Shown here piece after piece: positions 62,151-64,000 of a stretch of DNA of 64,000 nucleotides (position 1 is the first letter of the stretch; the number at the start of each line of letters is the position of its first letter). Position numbers and translations under genes: made by a program. This stretch comes from Balanoglossus misakiensis (taxonomy: Eukaryota; Animalia; Hemichordata), in assembly GCA_040954595.2 (NCBI GenBank), contig CM082583.2, positions 12,004,636 through 12,068,635 of the forward strand. The letters run 5' to 3'. The notes below the pieces were generated by a model, which had not been told where the DNA came from, did not search any database, and saw only the letters and a list, made by a program, of their open reading frames with translations.

Positions 62151-64000
62151 TCAAAAACTTGCACACATTTAATTGGAATAGCTTCACTGTCGAGTTTATT
62201 TCCATGATATAGTTCAAGGCACACAATCTAAGACACACTAACGACCTTTAATCACGTTCAAATAACTAGAATACATGAGCGGGCTAAAACTTATTTGGAA
62301 TATTGATTTCCACTGAGACGTTAGCTGCACTGCATGATTCAACGACCGCGCTCTGTGCTTTTCTGTCTTTGCAAGCGACATGTCATCGTGTGTTCACAGT
62401 TAAAATGAGAAATGTAATTTCAATCTCATCACGTGATATTATGTGGTCTTCTCGGTCCGGTCTACGACATATACAACAAAATTACAGCATCAGCAACAAC
62501 GAACAACGACACAACTACAATTAACCCGTTTATATATCGAAGTAGGTGGGGTCTCGGGTTTATTTTGAGTGACCATTTGACCTGAAAACATGTCATAAAC
62601 ATTTCCCCATCTTATATGTGATGAGTTTAAAAATAATATCAAATACGTGAGATCCATACGAAATTGCAGGCACAATAAAAGGCGGGTCGATTTTGTTCAT
62701 GAAACGTCCACAATATATTTCTATTTTTGAAGCAGTTTTAATGTTGAAAACAAACCAATACTACCATGGTCAGTAGAAACGCTACTTATTTATTTATGTA
62801 TTCATTTAATTTTATTTAAACGCCGGTGTGGGGGTACATCGCATCCTTGGTAGTGCGATGAACTTTCGACCTGTGTACCAGGGTTGAGATTACTATGCAA
62901 CCTTATGAAAGTAACACGTAACCTACTGATTATTAGTGGCAGTGTGTACCCATAGATTGTTTTGTTGCTTGTAGTTTTTTTTGACGGGGGAACTGTTGGA
63001 AAAACCTTTGGAACAAATATAATGGCAACGAATCGGCCAATGTTCGCATGGACCTTATCAACGACTTTTGTTCTTGGTGTGCAAGGCGGCAACTACTAGC
63101 AATAGTTACTTCGAGAAATCCACCATGAGCAAACATCAAACCACATACATTCGCTTAGAGCGAAGGTTAGCTTGGTTTGAACTGCAGGATCATTGGAGAC
63201 GACACTTCTTAATGACTTTTATATGTAATGGCAATGGAATCTGCTTACGGCATTTCTGACAACGAGTCTCCAGGATATGCCTGAATAAACGCTTCCTCCG
63301 CCAACAAACACGCGCTACTCAGCTGCGTTTACGCGCCATTTCCGATGCCTCTACAGACAAGTGAAAAGTAAACGAGAGTCGCTCTTCAAGATTAAACCTC
63401 AGTGAAGTCTGAACTGTAAACTAAATTTCGATATTTTTTACACATTTCTTTCCATGATAACCACGGAAAAGTACTTTACATCCAAGGCAAGAAAGTCGCC
63501 ATTAAAGTCGCCGGTGTCCTCAAGATTTGTTGATAACATATTGACTAATTTGCATAATAACAATATCAGTTATTGTTATTTAATAAATTCCTGTTGTTTT
63601 CCAAAAAATAAAGCATAGGGGCCCCTACTCTATAACTGCTCAGGAGAGAACACTGGTCACGTTGGCCTTTGCTGAAAACATAGAACCACTAATTCAACGT
63701 CTTTTTTCGAAGCGGATGTAGTAAAACACAAACTCTCAAGAGGCACCAAGGAAGTTCGCTGAGGTCAACCAAAGGTCACCCGGTCATGCGCAGAAACACG
63801 CAGCTTCTCTGCATATCCATCCGAGAGAAGATGCGGCTCCCGATATCTGTCTTGTATTGAAATCCAACGGAAACCTTCTCTGTGTACACGCCTGACCCTT
63901 TCTCCGAACCTTTCCCATTTAAAGTGATATTTTAAAATCCCAGCCGCAAGAAAACCACAATAGAGACCCATTTGCTACTTCCGCTAAGTACAGTATTTTC

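Noticed and set aside
61967-62238. Poly-Gly/Asp, poly-Ser/Pro and poly-Ile/Thr ORFs
   Set aside because: Artefacts of the (GGT)10(GAT)20 microsatellite.

Overview
Eukaryotic, intron-rich animal DNA, not prokaryotic. It is AT-rich with abundant CpG and is probably from an invertebrate deuterostome (inference from protein similarity). Three head-to-tail minus-strand genes were assembled by hand, with GT-AG junctions whose phases all chain correctly. (1) An 8-exon SK/KCNN small-conductance Ca2+-activated K+ channel, CDS 59949..35376, 668 aa. (2) A 4-exon LigB-type (class III extradiol dioxygenase / Memo-like fold) protein with a predicted signal peptide, 32793..30939, 326 aa. (3) An 8-exon photoreceptor-specific nuclear receptor NR2E3/PNR, 21124..322, 436 aa, with a TATA plus two-CCAAT promoter. 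The non-coding DNA holds several small foldback/MITE-like elements (the best is a 69-bp TAG...CTA element with a perfect 9-bp TSD), microsatellites, many CRE and nuclear-receptor motifs, and a putative SK 3'UTR rich in Pumilio and neural miRNA sites. Most short ORFs in the track look spurious. The best candidate for undescribed biology is the secreted-type, Cys-loop-bearing LigB-like protein. No CRISPR, rRNA, intact tRNA or autonomous transposon was seen.
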